Positions 18,983 through 31,993 of a DNA stretch of 64,000 nucleotides are shown here, in pieces. The notes under the pieces were generated by a model, which worked only from the letters and a program-made list of their open reading frames with translations, was not told the DNA's origin and searched no databases. Origin of the DNA: an uncultured Alphaproteobacteria bacterium (GTDB lineage: Bacteria > Pseudomonadota > Alphaproteobacteria > RF32 > CAG-239). Numbering within the stretch: position 1 is the first letter of the stretch; every line of letters begins with the position of its first letter. A program made the position numbers and the translations under genes. The DNA lies in the NCBI GenBank assembly GCA_934254585.1, contig CAKQLF010000006.1:2839-66838 (forward strand), read 5' to 3'.

Positions 18983-19753
18983 ATGAAAACATTACCTTTT
19001 TTATTATCTGCTTTGCTAGCCTACAGCACCTGTTTGAACGTTTATGCCGATGATTTTACCGACGAAACGTCCGATGACGATATTTTTGCCGACACCGATA
19101 CAAATGTTTCCAAACAAAACACGCAAACAGCAAATAAAACTTTATCCGCTTTTATCTCCAGTAGACTACCGGCCTCATCAGCCAAAAACATTGAAAATGC
19201 CGAAAAGGTTTTTTGTTATACGGTAGATTATGCCCAAGCCGATTATTCCGGATATACCATCAACGATTTAGCCATAACCGGCTCGTGTGGAGAACTTTCA
19301 GCTGACGGGAAGAATCTCATAAAAGATATGCTTTTAAACAATAATTTGGTATTTTCCACAGCTACCGACAGTTGCAATATAAATCCAAGAATTTTACTTC
19401 GCTACATAAACGGAATTGATTCAACCGACATTTTATTGTCTGCTCCTTGTCACTCCTTAACATTTTTCCACGGACGAGACATTTCAACCTTAAACGCCGC
19501 ACCGGGAAAAGATATTGTAGAGCAAATTGTCAGCACCTATTCATCTTTGAGTGAAAAATTTCTTTCTCCCGCACTTTTAGGGCAAATGGTTCCCAACGGA
19601 CAAGTTTTGACGCAAGACCAAAAAGAAATTGTAAGAAAAATAAACACCATAGAATCACCAAAAAAATGGAGTAAAAAACAAACCACAAACACAACAGCTC
19701 AAACACCGGCCGCAACAAAACCGACTCCCAAAGGTTGGAATAAGCTAAAGTAA
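18983..19753 (+). CDS. Hypothetical secreted protein
   Basis: 256 aa. Signal peptide MKTLPFLLSALLAYSTCLNVYA. AAGGAG RBS. No recognisable domain. Confidence 0.6.
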   Translation: MKTLPFLLSALLAYSTCLNVYADDFTDETSDDDIFADTDTNVSKQNTQTANKTLSAFISSRLPASSAKNIENAEKVFCYTVDYAQADYSGYTINDLAITGSCGELSADGKNLIKDMLLNNNLVFSTATDSCNINPRILLRYINGIDSTDILLSAPCHSLTFFHGRDISTLNAAPGKDIVEQIVSTYSSLSEKFLSPALLGQMVPNGQVLTQDQKEIVRKINTIESPKKWSKKQTTNTTAQTPAATKPTPKGWNKLK

Positions 19754-19855
19754 GCATTTTGCAAAAAAACTGTTGATTATTTGCTCGTTTACTTGATATA
19801 TTGAATATAATTTTATATTTGTAAAACAGTTAATGTGTTTTGAAAAGAGATTGAA

Positions 19856-20410
19856 GTGAACAAAGGTTCTAAGCTTAAAAATGCTATTTTATATGCAACC
19901 TCGCTATATGAGGGGGCTGTTTTGTGCAAAAAACTGTCGGAAACTCATAAAGATGTTGACACGCTTTTGCAGCTTTTAGCCGCAGGTTTTAAAGACTTTA
20001 GCTTGTTGAATAACCCGACTTGGCCTTTAGAAGCCAAAAAGCAGCTTGTTGATGCTTTGGCCGACAAAATAAAATTAGGCACACCGATTATCAATACCCT
20101 GAAAATATTGATTGAAAATCGTAAAATTGATATATTACCTTTAATTTTACGGCAGTTTAAAGAAGTTTATAACGCCAAGCAAAATATTGCTGAGATAGAT
20201 GTTGAGACGGTAACTGATTTGTCGGAACTTCAAGACGAAAAACTAAAACAAAAACTTTCCAATCTTTTTAAGAAAAATATTGTCGTTAATTACCACAAAA
20301 ACCCTGATATTTTAGGCGGTTTGGTAATAAAATGCGGCACAGTGCTGATTGATTGTTCTATTAAACATCAATTAGACAGTTTAGAACAGCTGATGAAAGG
20401 GACAAAATAA
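19856..20410 (+). CDS. atpH: ATP synthase F1 delta subunit (OSCP)
   Basis: 184 aa with a GTG start. Immediately precedes atpA. Size and position match delta subunit. Confidence 0.8.
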   Translation: MNKGSKLKNAILYATSLYEGAVLCKKLSETHKDVDTLLQLLAAGFKDFSLLNNPTWPLEAKKQLVDALADKIKLGTPIINTLKILIENRKIDILPLILRQFKEVYNAKQNIAEIDVETVTDLSELQDEKLKQKLSNLFKKNIVVNYHKNPDILGGLVIKCGTVLIDCSIKHQLDSLEQLMKGTK

Positions 20411-21964
20411 ATGTCTGTACAGGCAAGCGAAATATCTTCTATATTAAAAGAAAAAATCGCCGACTTTGATTTATCTACCGATATGTCAGAAGTTGGCCGT
20501 GTCCTTTCTGTGGGTGATGGTATTGCTCATATATATGGACTGGATAAAGTTCAACTAAATGAAATGGTTGAATTTTCCAACGGCGTAAAAGGAATGGCCT
20601 TAAACTTAGAGGAAGACAGTGTCAGCGTGGTGCTGTTTGGCTCTGATGAAGGTATTAAAGAAGGCGATACCGTTAAAAGAACAGATAAAATTGTGAGCGT
20701 GCCGGTTGGCAAGGCTTTGTTGGGACGCGTGGTTGACGCTTTAGGCAATCCGATTGACGGAATGGGAAGCATCAAGGCTGAACAGTTTAGCAACGCCGAA
20801 GTGAAAGCTCCGGGAATTATTCCGAGAAAAAGCGTGCACGAGCCTGTTCAAACCGGTTTGAAGGCCATTGATTCGCTTATTCCTATCGGACGTGGACAAC
20901 GTGAGTTAATCATCGGTGACAGACAGACTGGTAAAACCTCGATTATTGTCGATACCATCATTAACCAAAAACGCACTAATGATATGGCTAAAAACGACAG
21001 TGAAAAACTGTTCTGCATTTATGTAGCTGTGGGACAAAAACGTTCGTCAGTGGCTCAGGTTGTTAAAACTTTGCGTGATTATGGTGCTATGGATTACACC
21101 ATTGTTGTGGCCGCCACAGCGTCTGAGGCAGCTCCGTTGCAATTTATTGCCCCTTATGCCGGAACAGCTATGGGTGAATATTTCCGCGACAATGGTATGC
21201 ACGCCGTTATCTTTTATGATGACTTATCTAAACAAGCCACGGCCTATCGCCAAATGTCTTTGTTAATCCGCCGTCCGCCTGGACGTGAGGCTTATCCGGG
21301 TGATGTGTTCTATTTGCACTCACGTTTATTGGAGCGCGCGGCCAAAATGAATGACAAATACGGCTCGGGTTCGTTGACGGCTATGCCGGTGATTGAAACT
21401 CAAGCCGGAGATGTTTCGGCTTATATTCCGACTAACGTGATTTCTATTACCGATGGTCAAATCTTTTTGGAAACAAGTTTATTCTATCAAGGTATCAGAC
21501 CTGCCGTGAACGTTGGTATTTCTGTGTCGCGTGTTGGTTCTGCCGCTCAAATTAAGGCAATGAAACAAGTGGCCGGAACAATGAAATTGGATTTGGCTCA
21601 ATATCGTGAAATGGCTGCATTTGCGCAATTTTCGGCTGATTTGGATAAATCGACCCGTCGTTTATTGGATAAAGGCTCGAAACTGACTGAATTGCTTAAA
21701 CAGCCCGTACACGAACCAATGGCCACTGAAGAAGAAGTTGTTTCAATCTTTTCGGGTGTTCGCGGGTATCTCAGCCAAATTGACGTAGCTGAAATTAAAA
21801 CTTTTGAGCAAGAAAGCTTAAAAGAAATGAAAGCAAGCCATCCGGAATATTTAGATGAAATTCGCGAAAAGAAAATTATTTCTCCTGAATTGGAAACTAA
21901 ACTCGGCGAATTTTACTGCCAATTCACTGAAACTTTTCTAAAAAAACAAGATAAGGCGGCGTAA
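20411..21964 (+). CDS. atpA: ATP synthase F1 alpha subunit
   Basis: 517 aa. Walker [10 protein letters not shown] and other alpha-subunit signatures. Confidence 0.97.
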   Translation: MSVQASEISSILKEKIADFDLSTDMSEVGRVLSVGDGIAHIYGLDKVQLNEMVEFSNGVKGMALNLEEDSVSVVLFGSDEGIKEGDTVKRTDKIVSVPVGKALLGRVVDALGNPIDGMGSIKAEQFSNAEVKAPGIIPRKSVHEPVQTGLKAIDSLIPIGRGQRELIIGDRQTGKTSIIVDTIINQKRTNDMAKNDSEKLFCIYVAVGQKRSSVAQVVKTLRDYGAMDYTIVVAATASEAAPLQFIAPYAGTAMGEYFRDNGMHAVIFYDDLSKQATAYRQMSLLIRRPPGREAYPGDVFYLHSRLLERAAKMNDKYGSGSLTAMPVIETQAGDVSAYIPTNVISITDGQIFLETSLFYQGIRPAVNVGISVSRVGSAAQIKAMKQVAGTMKLDLAQYREMAAFAQFSADLDKSTRRLLDKGSKLTELLKQPVHEPMATEEEVVSIFSGVRGYLSQIDVAEIKTFEQESLKEMKASHPEYLDEIREKKIISPELETKLGEFYCQFTETFLKKQDKAA

Positions 21965-22879
21965 ATGGCAGGATTAAAAGAATTACGGACACGCATTGAA
22001 GCCATTAAATCAACGCAGAAAATTACTTCCGCAATGAAAATGGTGGCGGCTTCGCGTTTGCGCCGAGTTCAAATTCTGGTCGATAAAAATCAAGACTATG
22101 CCGAAAATTTAAGGCGTTCGGCTTTGCGTGTTTTAACAGAGATTGAAACGGAAGAGCGTGAGAAAAATGTTCGCTATGCTCGTCCGGCTCTGTTAAGCGG
22201 TGACGGAGAAAAACAAAAATACGAACTGTATGTTTTTTCTTCCGACCGAGGCTTGTGCGGTGCTTATAACAATAATGTGGCCAAAAAAGCTGTTGAGCGT
22301 GTAAAACAATTGCGGCAGCAAAAGAAAGACATAAAAGTTGTTTGCATCGGTAAAAAAGCTTTTGATATCTTAAAACGCAATTTTGTTGATTTGGATATGG
22401 TTTTATCGAATAATTTGAGCAAGGACGCTTCTTATCCCGAAGCGGCAACGCGTTTGGCTAAGCATTTGATAAGTCGTTTCAAAAATCACGATTTTGACGT
22501 ATGCGAGTTAATTCACGCTCAATTTGAATCGGCAATCAGCCGCACTTTTGAGGTTGAACAGGTTTGTCCGCTGGAACTGAAGCACAATGGTGAAAACATT
22601 GAAAACATAAATCGTTCAGGCGATGCATTTTATGAATATTTACCGGATAAACCGACTATTTTGGAACAAATAGTTCCGATTATTTTTGAAGACACAGTTT
22701 TTCAGGCGTTGGTTAATTCGGCCGCCTCCGAACACGGTGCCAGAATGAGCTCAATGGACAATGCTACTCGCAACGCCAAGAAAATGATTAGCGATTTGAC
22801 TTTGAAATATAACAGTTTGCGCCAATCAGCAATCACTACTGAGTTAATTGAAATTATTGCCGGCGCAGAGGCTGTATAA
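21965..22879 (+). CDS. atpG: ATP synthase F1 gamma subunit
   Basis: 304 aa. Gamma-subunit N- and C-terminal helices (MAGLKELRTRIEAIKSTQKIT ... IAGAEAV). Confidence 0.93.
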   Translation: MAGLKELRTRIEAIKSTQKITSAMKMVAASRLRRVQILVDKNQDYAENLRRSALRVLTEIETEEREKNVRYARPALLSGDGEKQKYELYVFSSDRGLCGAYNNNVAKKAVERVKQLRQQKKDIKVVCIGKKAFDILKRNFVDLDMVLSNNLSKDASYPEAATRLAKHLISRFKNHDFDVCELIHAQFESAISRTFEVEQVCPLELKHNGENIENINRSGDAFYEYLPDKPTILEQIVPIIFEDTVFQALVNSAASEHGARMSSMDNATRNAKKMISDLTLKYNSLRQSAITTELIEIIAGAEAV

Positions 22880-22893
22880 ACAAGGAGATATGA

Positions 22894-24350
<1,457 letters not shown>

Positions 24351-24351
<1 letters not shown>

Positions 24352-24716
24352 TGGCTGAAGATATTAGCTTAAAAATATTTACGCCGGAAAAAACCGCGCT
24401 CAATAAAAAGGTGCATAGAGTGGTATTACCTTATGGAAAGACTAATCTGACACTGATTGATGAACGTGCTCCGACATCGCTGTTGTTAAATAAAGGTGTT
24501 TTGCAAATCTTAGACAATGACAACCACGTTGTTTCAACTTATTTTATTGACGGTGGTGTGGTTGATGTGGCTGATAACATTTGCAAAATATCAACCTTGC
24601 ATTTGCTTGCCGAAACGGCAATCACAGCAGAGAAAGCAGCGGTAATAAAAGAAAATGAGCCGCAAAATGCTGAATATTATCAAATGATTATAGACTATTT
24701 CAAAACCAAAGAATAA
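24351..24716 (+). CDS. atpC: ATP synthase F1 epsilon subunit
   Basis: 121 aa. Overlaps the atpD stop. Epsilon size and position. Confidence 0.85.
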
Positions 24717-24882
24717 ACAAATTCTTTTGACTGAAACACCTTTTAATGAACAATTCTTAAAAGGTGTTTTTTTGTTACAAATAAATGAATAAAACCACCG
24801 ATTACCCGATATTGATTGTAATTGAAAATTAATTATGTTAGTATAAAAATATAATTTTATCTGATAAAGGAGAGATCTTAAA

Positions 24883-26457
24883 ATGTTTTATAATCAAAAT
24901 GAAATTTATACATCTCCTATTACTTCAAAATCAAATGAAGATTTAGATTATGAATTTGAAGGTTTTACAGAAAAAGATTATTTTCCGGACAACGAAAAAC
25001 AAAATATAAAAAATGTCGAAAATGATGATGTTTTTTATGATTGCTACATTATTTCAGCCGACGAGATAAATGACAAAATAAAACAAAAAACACTCGATGG
25101 TTCTGATTTAAATATTTATAATGCTGAAATACATAATGTGAATAATATTCGAGCAAATGCTGATAAAGCTATTGCTCTTTACAGTCAGAATAAAATTAAA
25201 GAAGCAGAAGCTATTATACCTGATTTTCAGAACTCTTTTGGCAACTATATAAAAAAACAAAATAACAATGTTATAGTAACAAACAATATATATCCGTCTA
25301 TTTGCCAAGCAGCCCATAACTCTATTTATAACAACTCCCAACGACAAATAGAAAATACGGCCGATACCGTAGTAAGTCTATTGGCACAGGGAAAAAGCAA
25401 AGAGGCTGATAAAATACTCCCCGGTATTTCATATAAATATGATAGTTCTTCCATACAGCAAATTAACAATATTCCGGTTTTAAACAAAAGCGATTATAAT
25501 AATCTATGTGATTGTATTGAAACAAAATTTAAGGCAACAAATGCGCTAAATAATATTGATAAGATTGAAGAAAATATACATAATAATGTTTCAGCCCTTA
25601 AATTCTATCCGACAAACAATAGTGGATTTGATGAAATTTCTGATTTAGGATTCTACGGCACATACTATGTCCCCGGATTACTAATAGAAAAAATTTCCAG
25701 AGAAAGTAAAAAATCCGTGCCCAATGTGATTAAATCAATAGAAAAAGAATCCGCAAAAGAACAACCATATCAACAAAATGATAAAGAGCTTAACGAATTT
25801 AAAGAAAGCTTACGTTCATTAACAGAACCAAATTATTATCAGTTTAATAATCTGTCTGATGATGATATAGCGGCTCTTAATGCATCTGTAGATTATGCTC
25901 ACTCCTTATCAAATAAGGAACTTGACGAACACATAAAGAGAATGTGTAGCACTATGAATTTAGTCAAAAAATCTTATTCTAATCTTAGTTTTGAACCAAA
26001 AAATATAAATAAAGATGATACAATTGATTTTTTTAAAAGCTTCACACCGGTAAAATCAAATAGCCCAACGGCAACAAGTAATGACACTAAAGAAATGTTG
26101 AAAGAACAAGCTATAACAGCTAAAATAGAAAGGCAAAAAAAAGTTTCTCAAAATTCACATAAAAACTCCAGCCCGCTTAAACAGCATTTAAAAGAACAAG
26201 CTAATGACAAACATAAATATGTTTTTATAGAAGTAGATGGTCGGCAAATTATGATAAGAAAAGATTTATATGATCAAAAACAAGCCGCTTTTAACACGAA
26301 GCTACCTATACAAAACAAAAAGCTATACGATAGAGGAGTTACAGCAGAGCGAAATGATGCCACTGCCGTTGCCAAAAATAAAATGTTTTTGCCGGAGCAA
26401 AGAAATACTCAAAAAAATATAATCTTACAAAAACTTATTCAAAAATGTCGAAATTAA
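24883..26457 (+). CDS. Large lineage-specific hypothetical protein, N/K-rich and low-complexity
   Basis: 524 aa. AAGGAGAG RBS. No recognisable domain. Confidence 0.55.
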   Translation: MFYNQNEIYTSPITSKSNEDLDYEFEGFTEKDYFPDNEKQNIKNVENDDVFYDCYIISADEINDKIKQKTLDGSDLNIYNAEIHNVNNIRANADKAIALYSQNKIKEAEAIIPDFQNSFGNYIKKQNNNVIVTNNIYPSICQAAHNSIYNNSQRQIENTADTVVSLLAQGKSKEADKILPGISYKYDSSSIQQINNIPVLNKSDYNNLCDCIETKFKATNALNNIDKIEENIHNNVSALKFYPTNNSGFDEISDLGFYGTYYVPGLLIEKISRESKKSVPNVIKSIEKESAKEQPYQQNDKELNEFKESLRSLTEPNYYQFNNLSDDDIAALNASVDYAHSLSNKELDEHIKRMCSTMNLVKKSYSNLSFEPKNINKDDTIDFFKSFTPVKSNSPTATSNDTKEMLKEQAITAKIERQKKVSQNSHKNSSPLKQHLKEQANDKHKYVFIEVDGRQIMIRKDLYDQKQAAFNTKLPIQNKKLYDRGVTAERNDATAVAKNKMFLPEQRNTQKNIILQKLIQKCRN

Positions 26458-26609
26458 TTTATTTGCATATTTTATAACACTATGATTCTTATAGAAAAAA
26501 ATAAAAAGATGTGAATAAAAATAAAATACAATATATAGTTCTTTTACTTTTTGTTAATACTATATGTAGTATACAAGAAAATATAAACAAGAATATGGGA
26601 GATAAAATT

Positions 26610-26819
26610 ATGACAGTTATTAATATTGAAGATATTACTTTGTCAGACGCGGAGAGACAACCTTGCGAAATTTGGACCAGAGTTATGGGCTATCATCGTC
26701 CAGTTTCTGAATTTAACCGCGGTAAGAAATCAGAATATTATTCACGCAAATGTTTTTGCGAAGAAAAGGCTGTTTCTCACTTAGTTACAGATGAAGTTTG
26801 CGCCTGCGCTGCTGAATAA
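26610..26819 (+). CDS. Small protein resembling the C-terminal glycyl-radical/zinc region of anaerobic ribonucleotide reductase NrdD
   Basis: Track ORF 26511..26819. It was trimmed to the ATG at 26610 with GGGAGA 8 nt upstream. TRVMGYHRPVSEFNRGKKSEYYSRK parallels E. coli NrdD TRRVCGYLGSPDARPFNAGKQEEVKRR. A C-terminal Cys cluster is present. Confidence 0.4.
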   Translation: MTVINIEDITLSDAERQPCEIWTRVMGYHRPVSEFNRGKKSEYYSRKCFCEEKAVSHLVTDEVCACAAE

Positions 26820-26962
26820 AAGCAATAAAACAACAAATTTATGGTCTTAAACACTTTTTAAGACCTTTTTTGTTACAATTTTTTAAATTTGACAAAAAAA
26901 TATAGACAAAGAAACTTTTATTTGCTAAAATCAAAGAAAAAATATGTATACTGAGGTGTAAG

Positions 26963-28906
26963 ATGCCATTAAATACAAGAGATGTTACTGTTGATTATTT
27001 GCCGCAAGAAGGTATTGTCAACCTTGAGCAAAGATACAAAGAAAAAGATGTTGACACTGCAATGAAAGCGCAAAAAAATTTAGCATTGGAAAATGTTTCT
27101 ATTTATGCTCCGGGACTTGACACAGATTATTTGCGACAGTCTAACCGCGAAATAACCTATTCTTTTGCTTTGGCTAACATTTACCGCAGTATCAACACTA
27201 TTTACGACAAAATACAAATTAGAACTTCTGATGATGATGCGACTAAAAAATATAAGCAGATGGAAAAAGATTTGTTTGAAATGTTAGCTAAAAAAATTGA
27301 GAACATTTATCCTGAAGTTTTAAAAATTGAATATCCGGATTCCGGGCTGAAATTTGAAAACGGACGTGTTTCAGCAAATATGAAAGGTAATCCGGAAGCT
27401 GAATTAACCGATGCGGCCTTAAAAGAAAAAATCGGAACCTATCTTAATAATCTTACTCAAATTACCGAAGCCATAAAAAAAGATTCCCCGACTTTTCAAG
27501 CTTCATCAATGCAAATTTTAGAAGAATATACGGTTAAAGTTAATGACAAGCTGGAGGGAAAGAAAGTTATTGCAGAAGAAAAGACCGATGAAGAAATTAT
27601 CGGAGTGGTGAAAAAGAATATCGCACTGCTCATTCGTGATGACAGCAACAGTCAGGAAAGTTATAAAATTGACAGAGAACGGGCTGTTAACAGCTTGGCC
27701 CTAAAACTTGCTCCGTTAGGTATGGATTTAGAGGTTGTTCCCATAGAAGAAAAATCTCCGCAGGAAGAAACTTTAAGCCAAGCCAAAACTTGTATTTTGC
27801 GTGCTGCTTGGGATGGTTTTATTGAACGACCAAAACAATACAGCTGTTCTAAAACATTGCAAAATATTCTGTTGCATCCGCGACCGGGAGATAACAAACC
27901 GGAACAATATAATCTGCAGAAAAACGAAATTTGGAAACTTTGTGAAAAACTTCCGGAATTTGTTGAAGTCAGAAGTGATTTACAAAAAGCTTTGGCTAAT
28001 CGTCAATTTCCACCTGAAAAAGTGGCAGAATTAACTTATGCCGATATGGCTTATTTAATTTGCGAACAGCGTCAGTCTGCTTCCAGCGATGTGGAAAGAC
28101 GTCAAAAACGCGGTCAAAATGAGGTTGACGGCGTAAGAATGATATCCAGCGGACGTGCCAAATTTTTTGTAAACTATGTTAATAAACACGCTAATGATTT
28201 GAAAAAATTATTGACGGCCAAAGGAATGTCCCAAAAAGAAATTAAAACCACTTTGAACACTATGCGCGCCGGAAAAAGCGTTGATATTTTTGATGGTCAT
28301 CATAATTTTGCCATTAATGATCCGGATAGATTTTGCAAAATAACCGGTGAAAAATGGTGGGAGATGAATAATCACGTTGTTTTAATGGATAAAAAAGCCC
28401 ACAATTTGCTGCACTCTCTTGAAAACAATGTCACTTCCCGCGGTATTTTACTAAATGAAGAAGACAGTAAAACGTCGCACCGCACGATTTTTACGGATAA
28501 AAACAGCGGAAAAAAATTCTATCTGGCAATCAGAGTTAAAGAAGGTATTGACGGACTAATCGGGCTGCACAGAGAAACTATTTATGATAAAAAATATTTA
28601 ACTGATCATAGTTTTGAAAATGGTCAAAAAACAGGTTCTCAACCGCTAAAAGCAAAAAACAAAGCCGAAAAGTCCGAACAACGCAAAGCTGAAAAAGAAA
28701 CTTTTGCCCCAACAAACAATCAGCAAGCTTTGCAACACGCTAAAGAGCGCAAAACCAAGCTTAATGAGCAAAAAGCGACTTATACGCATCAAAACAAAGT
28801 TGAAAATAACCCACAACAAAATCCCAAAAAAGAACGTTTTGTCACTCGCAAAGATTATTTAGGTCAAAGAAACAAAGGTGGAGCGCAAAAATTTAACAAT
28901 CGCTAA
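26963..28906 (+). CDS. Large lineage-specific hypothetical protein
   Basis: 647 aa. GAGGTG RBS. No recognisable domain. K/E-rich C-terminal tail. Confidence 0.55.
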   Translation: MPLNTRDVTVDYLPQEGIVNLEQRYKEKDVDTAMKAQKNLALENVSIYAPGLDTDYLRQSNREITYSFALANIYRSINTIYDKIQIRTSDDDATKKYKQMEKDLFEMLAKKIENIYPEVLKIEYPDSGLKFENGRVSANMKGNPEAELTDAALKEKIGTYLNNLTQITEAIKKDSPTFQASSMQILEEYTVKVNDKLEGKKVIAEEKTDEEIIGVVKKNIALLIRDDSNSQESYKIDRERAVNSLALKLAPLGMDLEVVPIEEKSPQEETLSQAKTCILRAAWDGFIERPKQYSCSKTLQNILLHPRPGDNKPEQYNLQKNEIWKLCEKLPEFVEVRSDLQKALANRQFPPEKVAELTYADMAYLICEQRQSASSDVERRQKRGQNEVDGVRMISSGRAKFFVNYVNKHANDLKKLLTAKGMSQKEIKTTLNTMRAGKSVDIFDGHHNFAINDPDRFCKITGEKWWEMNNHVVLMDKKAHNLLHSLENNVTSRGILLNEEDSKTSHRTIFTDKNSGKKFYLAIRVKEGIDGLIGLHRETIYDKKYLTDHSFENGQKTGSQPLKAKNKAEKSEQRKAEKETFAPTNNQQALQHAKERKTKLNEQKATYTHQNKVENNPQQNPKKERFVTRKDYLGQRNKGGAQKFNNR

Positions 28907-28982
28907 AAATTATTTTCCGGCTATTTGCATTTGGCTTTTTCATTTCCTATATCTTTTTATAGATAAAGGAGTGTGAAAAAAT

Positions 28983-31544
28983 ATGAATATGGAAAAACTA
29001 ACAGACAGGAGTCAGGGATTTTTACAAAGTGCCCAAAGTTTGGCTTTGCGGAACAATAACCAGTTTATAACCCCTGCCCACTTGCTAAAAGTTATGCTTG
29101 ACGATAAAAACGGATTGGCGTCAAATTTGCTAAATCAAGCAGGAGCCAATCCAGATTTGTTGCGCGAAAATGTGGCGGAAGAGCTGAATAAACTTCCGCA
29201 AGTAGACGGGCAAAATGTTGAGGTTTCTTGCTCTAAAGACTTTTTGAAAATGTTGGATACGGCAGAACAAATTGCAACTAAGGCACAAGACAGTTATGTG
29301 TCGGTTGAGCGGTTGTTGCAAGCTGCTTTATTGCAAAAAAACTACGGAGTCGATGTTCATAAGCTAAACGATGCCATCAATAATATGCGTCAAGGGCGCA
29401 CAGCGGACTCGGCGTCGGCGGAAGACAGTTTTGATGCCCTGAAAAAATATGCAATAGATTTTACTCAGTTGGCCACACAAGGCAAATTAGATCCGGTAAT
29501 CGGACGTGACGAAGAAATTCGCCGCACAATTCAAGTGTTGTCCCGCCGCACCAAAAACAATCCGATTTTGATAGGTGAGCCGGGGGTGGGTAAAACCGCC
29601 ATTGTTGAAGGCTTGGCCCAACGTATTGTAAACGGAGATGTACCGGATAGTTTGGCGCATAAACGTTTGATGTCATTGGATATGGGTGCCTTGATTGCCG
29701 GTGCCAAATTCCGCGGTGAATTTGAAGAACGTTTGAAAGCGGTGTTAAAAGAAGTTTCGGCTGCAGATGGACAAGTTATTTTGTTTATTGATGAAATGCA
29801 CACCGTAGTCGGAGCCGGAGCTAGTGAGGGTTCTATGGACGCTTCAAATTTATTAAAACCGGCGTTGGCTCGCGGAGAATTACATTGCATTGGCGCAACA
29901 ACCTTAAAGGAATATCAAAAATATATTGAAAAAGACGCCGCTTTTGCCCGTCGTTTTCAACCGGTGTATGTTGGTGAAACGCACGTTGAAGAAACAATTT
30001 CTATTTTGCGCGGCATTAAAGAAAAATATGAGTTGCACCACGGAGTGCGCATTTCCGACGCGGCTCTGGTGGCTGCTGCAACTATGTCCGACCGCTATAT
30101 AACCGACAGATTTTTGCCCGATAAAGCCATCGATTTGGTTGATGAAGCGGCAAGCAAGCTGAAAATGGCGTTGGATTCCAAACCTGAAGAGCTTGATGAA
30201 ATTGATCGTAAGCTTATTCAGTTTAAAATCGAGCGCGAAGCTTTGCGCAAAGAAACTGATGATAATTCTAAAGAAAGATTGCTTAAATTGGAACAGGAAA
30301 TTGCTGTTCTGGAAAAACAATCAGCAGAAAAATCAGAAGCTTGGAAAGCTAGAAAAAGCTCAATTCTAGAGGCTAATCGTTTGCGTGAACGCTTGGATCA
30401 GGCTCGCATTGAAGCTGACAAAGCCTTGCGTTCCGGACAATATGAAAAAGCCGGTGAATTGCAATATAAAGAGATTCCCGATTTGGAACATAAGCTCAAA
30501 GAATTAAACGCAAACAACCAAAATCAACAAACCATTGAAACCGTAACTCCGGATATGATTGCCTCGGTTGTATCTAAATGGACGGGAATTCCGGTTGATA
30601 AATTGATTGGCAGCGAACGTGAAAAATTGTTGAATTTGGAGAAAAATTTGGCTCTGCGCGTTGTGGGACAAGATAAGGCTCTAACGGCAGTGGCCAATGC
30701 AGTACGCCGTTCTCGTTCAGGGCTGAAAGACCCGAATCGACCTATTGGTTCGTTTTTGTTTCTTGGCCCGACCGGCGTTGGTAAAACCGAATTGGCTAAG
30801 GCGTTAGCGGAATTTTTGTTTGATGAAGAAGCCGCTTATGTGCGCTTAGATATGTCCGAATATATGGAAAAGCACTCGGTTGCCCGTTTAATCGGTGCTC
30901 CTCCGGGATATGTAGGCTATGATGAAGGCGGTGTTTTGACTGAAGCCGTACGCCGTAGACCATATCAGGTGATTTTGTTTGATGAAGTGGAAAAAGCTCA
31001 CCCCGATGTCTTTAATTTGTTGCTACAAGTTTTAGATGAAGGTCATCTGACCGATGGTAAAGGTCGTACGGTAGACTTTAAGAACACGTTTATTATTTTA
31101 ACTTCCAACCTTGTAACCGGCGGCGAAGATGATTTAATGAACAAACTTAAAAGTTTCTTTAAGCCCGAATTTTTGAATCGTCTTGATGAAATTATTACTT
31201 TTTCACCGTTGAAAAAAGAAGATATCCGCAAGATTGTTGATATCCAAATTCAACGTCTGCAAAAACGTTTGGCCGATCGTCACATAACTTTGCAACTTGA
31301 CAACAAGGCTAAAGATTGGTTGGCTGACAATGGTTATAATGAGGAATTCGGTGCGCGTCCGCTGAAAAGACTCATTGTGCAGCAAATTGAGAATCCGCTG
31401 TCTATCTTGCTGTTAGACGGTGATGTTTCAGACAATTCAATAGTTGATATTACGGCCGATAAAAACGGTGTAGTTATAAAACCTTCAAAGCGTAAAACGG
31501 AAAATTCGGTGCTTGATGAAGAAATAAAGTTGCAAAATCATTGA
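28983..31544 (+). CDS. clpB: Chaperone ClpB (AAA+ disaggregase)
   Basis: 853 aa. Two AAA modules (GEPGVGKTA; GPTGVGKTE), the long middle coiled coil, and a Clp N-domain. Confidence 0.97.
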   Translation: MNMEKLTDRSQGFLQSAQSLALRNNNQFITPAHLLKVMLDDKNGLASNLLNQAGANPDLLRENVAEELNKLPQVDGQNVEVSCSKDFLKMLDTAEQIATKAQDSYVSVERLLQAALLQKNYGVDVHKLNDAINNMRQGRTADSASAEDSFDALKKYAIDFTQLATQGKLDPVIGRDEEIRRTIQVLSRRTKNNPILIGEPGVGKTAIVEGLAQRIVNGDVPDSLAHKRLMSLDMGALIAGAKFRGEFEERLKAVLKEVSAADGQVILFIDEMHTVVGAGASEGSMDASNLLKPALARGELHCIGATTLKEYQKYIEKDAAFARRFQPVYVGETHVEETISILRGIKEKYELHHGVRISDAALVAAATMSDRYITDRFLPDKAIDLVDEAASKLKMALDSKPEELDEIDRKLIQFKIEREALRKETDDNSKERLLKLEQEIAVLEKQSAEKSEAWKARKSSILEANRLRERLDQARIEADKALRSGQYEKAGELQYKEIPDLEHKLKELNANNQNQQTIETVTPDMIASVVSKWTGIPVDKLIGSEREKLLNLEKNLALRVVGQDKALTAVANAVRRSRSGLKDPNRPIGSFLFLGPTGVGKTELAKALAEFLFDEEAAYVRLDMSEYMEKHSVARLIGAPPGYVGYDEGGVLTEAVRRRPYQVILFDEVEKAHPDVFNLLLQVLDEGHLTDGKGRTVDFKNTFIILTSNLVTGGEDDLMNKLKSFFKPEFLNRLDEIITFSPLKKEDIRKIVDIQIQRLQKRLADRHITLQLDNKAKDWLADNGYNEEFGARPLKRLIVQQIENPLSILLLDGDVSDNSIVDITADKNGVVIKPSKRKTENSVLDEEIKLQNH

Positions 31545-31633
31545 TTTTTCTGAAAAAATTAAATGTAAGCCGGTTGACAATTCGTCATATCCGGCTTATA
31601 TTGTAAATACTAATCAATAATTTAAATATTTTT

Positions 31634-31870
31634 ATGCCTATGGAACGTAGCGGACTATTACTACCGTTAAACATTATTGCCTCACATTTGGAAATGACTC
31701 CATCTACAGTGGCAATTCGTAAGAATTTGGTAAATAAAACCTTTCAGACCTTGGAGACAGTTGACACTGTTCCGGTAAGTGAAAAAACAAAATTGTTGGC
31801 ACTTACCGAAAAAATTTCTTCAGTTGAAAGAGCGTTGGCCAACGCAATAAGATCAAAAATTTACCAGTAA
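31634..31870 (+). CDS. Small hypothetical protein
   Basis: 78-aa ORF between clpB and a strong terminator. No homology recognised. It could be non-coding. Confidence 0.3.
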   Translation: MPMERSGLLLPLNIIASHLEMTPSTVAIRKNLVNKTFQTLETVDTVPVSEKTKLLALTEKISSVERALANAIRSKIYQ

Positions 31871-31880
31871 CCTATTGAAG

Positions 31881-31916
31881 GCTTGTGCATAAAATAAATA
31901 TGCGCAAGCTTTTTTT
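31881..31916 (+). terminator. Rho-independent terminator: GCTTGTGCAT...ATGCGCAAGC plus T7
   Basis: 10-bp stem with one mismatch, followed by TTTTTTT. Confidence 0.7.
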
Positions 31917-31993
31917 ATTTGTGTGAAACAGTTACTATTCTTGACTTTTTTTCCTTTTTCGGCTATTGCTTGGATAAGTTTTAAGGAGAAAAT

